Origin: an uncultured Patescibacteria group bacterium
Lineage (GTDB): Bacteria > Patescibacteriota > Minisyncoccia > Phycocordibacterales > UBA918
Length of the DNA: 64,000 nucleotides
Direction: 5' to 3'
Assembly (NCBI GenBank): GCA_934699595.1
Contig: CAKUWT010000001.1
Span: 289,033 to 353,032, forward strand
The notes under the pieces are model-generated. The model saw only the letters and a program-made list of their open reading frames with translations, had not been told where the DNA came from and ran no database searches. This document shows positions 60,439-64,000 of the stretch, piece by piece. Each line of letters opens with the position of its first letter. Positions within the stretch are counted from its first letter, which is position 1. The position numbers and the translations under genes were made by a program.

Positions 60439-60888
60439 CTACCTCCCCGCCAGTCTCTTCCACAGATATTTTACTACCAAAATTAGGTACGGGATTAAAA
60501 CAAACAGCACGGTGACCGCAATAAGAATCAGAGCACCGATAGCTAGAGAAAATTGGGAATCAGTAGGAATGGGAGAAAAACCGATCTGCTGCCGATTCGC
60601 CGTAAGAGTCAGAACAATATAAAGTGGTATATACCAAATTCCAAAATATTTCCACCACTGCTTATAGGTTACTGTTCGCACCAGCAGCAAGAGTGCTTGA
60701 GATATTAGTATAGCTACAGACAAGGCGTATACATAACTTAAATTTGAACCGACTCGAAGTGGGTACAAAGAAATATTATTCTTCTCTGGCAAAAGATATC
60801 TTATAAAAAGAAAGAACAAAAGTACGATAATAAAAATTACGTATTTATTAAGAACTGATTGGATAGTATTTTCTAGTAATTTTTTCAT
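60439..60888 (-). CDS. small 4-TM membrane protein, tandem paralog B (candidate immunity/partner of lipase 2)
   Basis: The start is taken at MKKLLENT, matching the paralog. Nucleotide identity to 60943-61389 is about 85-90%. Confidence 0.5.
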   Translation of the reverse strand: MKKLLENTIQSVLNKYVIFIIVLLFFLFIRYLLPEKNNISLYPLRVGSNLSYVYALSVAILISQALLLLVRTVTYKQWWKYFGIWYIPLYIVLTLTANRQQIGFSPIPTDSQFSLAIGALILIAVTVLFVLIPYLILVVKYLWKRLAGR

Positions 60889-60942
60889 AATAAAGTATTT
60901 AGTTTCTAATTGATTCAAATTTTAATATAAATAATCATTAAA

Positions 60943-61389
60943 TCACCCTACTCTCTTCCGCCACAAATACTTTACTACAAAAATTAAGTGTGGGATTAGG
61001 ACAAACATCGATGTGACCGCAATAAGAATCAGAGCACCGATAGCCAGAGAGAATTGGGGATCAGTAGGAATGGGAGAAAAACCAATCTGCTGTCTATTCG
61101 CCGTAAGAGTCAGGAAAATATAAAGTGGTACATACCAGGCTCCAAAATACCTCCACCACTGCTTATAGGTTACTGTTCGCACCAGTAACAAGAGTGCTTG
61201 GGATATTAGTATAGCTACTGATAGAGCGTATACATAATCCAAGGTGGTTCCTACCCGCAGTGGGTAAAGGGAGAGTACGTTTCCTTCCGGAAGTAGCCAT
61301 TTTATCAAAAGGAAGAACAAGAGTGTAATAATAAAGATCATATATTTATTAAGAGCCGATTGGATGGTATGTTCTAGTAATTTTTTCAT
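60943..61389 (-). CDS. small 4-TM membrane protein, tandem paralog A
   Basis: MKKLLEHTIQSALNKYMIFIITLLFFLL... Four hydrophobic helices. The gene lies 20 bp downstream of the lipase 2 stop. Confidence 0.5.
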   Translation of the reverse strand: MKKLLEHTIQSALNKYMIFIITLLFFLLIKWLLPEGNVLSLYPLRVGTTLDYVYALSVAILISQALLLLVRTVTYKQWWRYFGAWYVPLYIFLTLTANRQQIGFSPIPTDPQFSLAIGALILIAVTSMFVLIPHLIFVVKYLWRKRVG

Positions 61390-61409
61390 AAAATTTATTT
61401 ATTGCACGA

Positions 61410-63785
61410 TTAAATAAGCCTAGCTTCCAATAAAAGTTTTAGCTGTAGTAACAACTCAAAAAGCTGTTTATATAACTCTATTAGATTGTCTGATTCCAGA
61501 TCACTTTCAGCTACCAGAGGCAAATACCCTCCTCCTGAATTACGCGAGGTCGGTTCTTCAAGCAGATCACTCATAACAGACAAATCGTTCCAACTGTATA
61601 CCTCGTCAATAATGCTATCTCCATCAAAATCAGTTGCAATATCAGAAAACTGCTCTGTTGAAGAATAAGATAAAAATGCCTGTGTATTACTAGAAACTGG
61701 AGTGTAGCCTAAAATATTAACCAACTCCTGAAATCCGTCGTTAAGTGTATGAGCGGTGAGGGCATAATAACCATCATCGGTACCCTGAAGAGCCACCTCA
61801 TAATTACCATTGTCCGGTATTAGAAGGTACTTACTCTCACCTAATTCTAAATAGCGGGAACCAGGAATATCCTCAAGGATATTCCCCTCACTAATACCAG
61901 CCGTCCTGCCTTCCTCATCAGTAACGATAATCTCTACTGGAGAATGAGCGCCCAGTAGCAGCTGTGGCTGTTTTAAAACTAATGGAACCGTCGGCAATTC
62001 TGAATCACCTTTAAAAAGATGGTCAAGAATTTCTATGACCCCATCACTGGACATCATACTTGAGTGATTAACTTCATCCGGAGCAAGATCAACGGTGAAA
62101 CTATTCTTACTACCTAAATACCCCGTAGCCGACTTAACCGCCACAGTTCCATCTCCCCAAACATCAAAATACGGAATTACTTTGAGAGCGGCTAAATCTC
62201 CATTACTATCTGAACAAATTAATAGAGCTACTAGTGGATTACACGGTAGCCTGGTGTAATAAAGTCCAGACAAGGTCGGTAGGTCTCTACCCGCAATTTC
62301 ATAAACCTCGACCTCATCCGGAAAGATAAAGTCTTCCAGTAAGACCTGATCAGGGCCAGCTTGGTTTAATAATCCAATATTAACGTTAGTTGGTCGATTA
62401 AGGCTGACACTCTCGCTTGGAGATGGGCGAGAAGTGTTATTTAAAAAAGCTTCTAGTATGGTTCGGTTGTCTATAGCCGTATTACCGACATAACTATTAG
62501 TTAGCTCCGATCCGTCGGTCTTGATTAGGGCTGGGAATTGATAAGTAGCAAAATATTTCTGACTTGGTAGTAAACTATACGCTACCGGAAAATTTCTCAC
62601 CGCTTCTCGGTTGACACTTCTGCTAGAAAGCAAGTTCTTTAGCCAGTTACTCTCGTAACCATGTAACAACTTAGCCAAAGTTTCTGAAGCGCCATACTGT
62701 GGCGTACCCACCATAATAAAATTATCAACCTTACTTTTGAGACTCTCACCATATTCAGCAAACAGGGCCTTGCCCAGCAAGCCGCCATTAGAATGACCGA
62801 CGATAGTAACCTTGCCAGTTTTTGAAGAAGCCGCCAGTCTCTCTATTTCATCTACCAAATACTTAGTTTCATTCTGATACTGAGTACCATTTTTCACGAT
62901 GCTCGAGACATCATAACGCCAGTCGTAAGCATAGATACCGAAATCATTAATAAACTTTTCAGTATTTTTATACGTATCCAATTTATTGATAAAGGTGTCG
63001 TAAATATCAACCACGGAGTAGGCTTTACGTAAAACATCATTTGTCTTGGTATAAATATTATTTAAACTCTGACCAGTTTCATCCATCATTAATTGTCTTA
63101 CGTCAGTATTACCAAATGGTAGCCAGCGTTCAAACTCTTTTCCTTGCACGCCTTCATAAAGATAACTCCCTTGTATTCCCGGAATGAATAAAATATTGGA
63201 ACCTCCAACCTCTTTCTCCTCCCTAACTACAAACGTGACTCCGTAAAGCATATTCCCCCAATCAGCGTGTGCGGTCGGGATGATAGCGTTTTTTAACCAA
63301 TTCCAGTAGGGGTGACGGTAATTAACTACCACTCTTTGGTCGATTAAAAGTGTGTAAACTCCGGGAGTAAAAACATAGCGGTCAAGGTCATCAGTGGCTA
63401 CCTCATAAAAATCATCACCTCGGTGATGAAATAACCTAAAGTATCGCCATTGAAAAAAGTCTGGATCGGTAACAAAAAAGTAACTAGTATTAGTGTCTAG
63501 GAAAATCTCTGAATCAGCCTCTAAGATTTGATCGTTTAGGAAAACTGCATGGGGTAGATCCCATCCCTCATTATCGAGAAAAAAAGGATTAGCGCAATCA
63601 CTTTCAAGACCTTGGTATTCATTTTTACTAGAGTTAAATGTATAGACAGTACAAGCTTGAGCGGTTGGAGCAAAAAGAAAGAAGATTAATGAGAGGAGGG
63701 TTAAAATAAGTAATTTAATACCGAAAAATCTAGTCGGCTGAAAAACTCTGTTAACTGTTTTAGGAATACCGCTAGTTATTATCAT
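61410..63785 (-). CDS. secreted LCAT-like / PGAP1-like alpha/beta-hydrolase (phospholipase/acyltransferase family), paralog of 15731-18160, about 791 aa
   Basis: A signal anchor/peptide (...LILTLLSLIFFLFAPTAQA) is present. The motifs ILFIPGIQGSYLYEG, IYAYDWRYDV (YDWR), VTIVGHSNGGLLGKALF (GHSxG), WGDGTVAVKSA (Asp) and EVNHSSMMS (His candidate) are present. The C-terminal Leu-rich tail is shared with the other copy. Confidence 0.65.
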   Translation of the reverse strand: MIITSGIPKTVNRVFQPTRFFGIKLLILTLLSLIFFLFAPTAQACTVYTFNSSKNEYQGLESDCANPFFLDNEGWDLPHAVFLNDQILEADSEIFLDTNTSYFFVTDPDFFQWRYFRLFHHRGDDFYEVATDDLDRYVFTPGVYTLLIDQRVVVNYRHPYWNWLKNAIIPTAHADWGNMLYGVTFVVREEKEVGGSNILFIPGIQGSYLYEGVQGKEFERWLPFGNTDVRQLMMDETGQSLNNIYTKTNDVLRKAYSVVDIYDTFINKLDTYKNTEKFINDFGIYAYDWRYDVSSIVKNGTQYQNETKYLVDEIERLAASSKTGKVTIVGHSNGGLLGKALFAEYGESLKSKVDNFIMVGTPQYGASETLAKLLHGYESNWLKNLLSSRSVNREAVRNFPVAYSLLPSQKYFATYQFPALIKTDGSELTNSYVGNTAIDNRTILEAFLNNTSRPSPSESVSLNRPTNVNIGLLNQAGPDQVLLEDFIFPDEVEVYEIAGRDLPTLSGLYYTRLPCNPLVALLICSDSNGDLAALKVIPYFDVWGDGTVAVKSATGYLGSKNSFTVDLAPDEVNHSSMMSSDGVIEILDHLFKGDSELPTVPLVLKQPQLLLGAHSPVEIIVTDEEGRTAGISEGNILEDIPGSRYLELGESKYLLIPDNGNYEVALQGTDDGYYALTAHTLNDGFQELVNILGYTPVSSNTQAFLSYSSTEQFSDIATDFDGDSIIDEVYSWNDLSVMSDLLEEPTSRNSGGGYLPLVAESDLESDNLIELYKQLFELLLQLKLLLEARLI

Positions 63786-64000
63786 AATTATTACAATGGA
63801 AAATTTTCTAAACTAATTAAGTCTCTAGGTTCTTTAACTTTCAATTAAACTGCCTGGGATTTGGCACTGATGACTACTACTAGGAGCAAGACCACCGCAA
63901 TCACAGTAATAAAATTTAGGACAAAATTAAGAAAATCTTTGTTGAACATAATGAAGAATAAGTGTAGTGATTATAACACGGTGTTTTGTGGCGCGGCGAA

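Overview
This 64-kb window looks like part of a small, roughly 45% GC, standard-genetic-code genome with Candidate Phyla Radiation (Patescibacteria, possibly Saccharibacteria-like) hallmarks. The hallmarks are rRNA genes carrying insertions and an intron, a 16S with mismatches to universal primer sites, and almost no Shine-Dalgarno sequences upstream of native genes.

Main content, in order along the window:
- 471-9895: a cell-surface glycan biosynthesis cluster (GT25, two DUF1792 GT-D glycosyltransferases, two FkbM methyltransferases, a Wzx-like flippase, two GT4, a GT32-like enzyme, galE).
- 10.7-18.2 kb: a co-directional minus-strand operon. It encodes a secreted LCAT-like (YDWR / GHSxG) alpha/beta-hydrolase lipase, two small polytopic membrane proteins, a TraD/TraG-like P-loop ATPase with a long disordered tail, and a lamin-tail-domain surface protein.
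- 18.2-27.7 kb: cell-wall genes (a fused L,D-transpeptidase / DD-peptidase, murC, a divergent PgeF-like gene, murD), rsmI and a DedA protein.
- 27.9-31.1 kb: tRNA-Ile(GAU), a Pro-rich secreted protein and a 16S rRNA that is not linked to the 23S.
- 31.6-37.8 kb: a roughly 6-kb high-GC island encoding SD-preceded small secreted proteins and lipoproteins.
- 37.8-49.5 kb: housekeeping genes (pyrH-like, secDF, folD, an epimerase, an initiating sugar transferase, GT4, an FtsW/RodA-family gene, a VWA protein).
- 49.7-54.5 kb: a 5S rRNA plus a 23S rRNA that carries a group I intron with a LAGLIDADG homing endonuclease, a helix-45 IVS-like insertion and further expansions.
- 55.1-60.4 kb: rplJ-rplL, tRNA-Pro(GGG) and several hypothetical genes.
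- 60.4-63.8 kb: a second, paralogous LCAT-like secreted lipase followed by a tandem duplicate pair of four-helix membrane protein genes.

The most interesting candidate system is the lipase plus small-membrane-protein module, which recurs at two loci with non-homologous membrane partners and looks like an effector/immunity arrangement. Also notable are an apparently non-canonical anti-SD tail on the 16S together with leaderless-looking native starts, and GC-rich, SD-bearing islands that look horizontally acquired.
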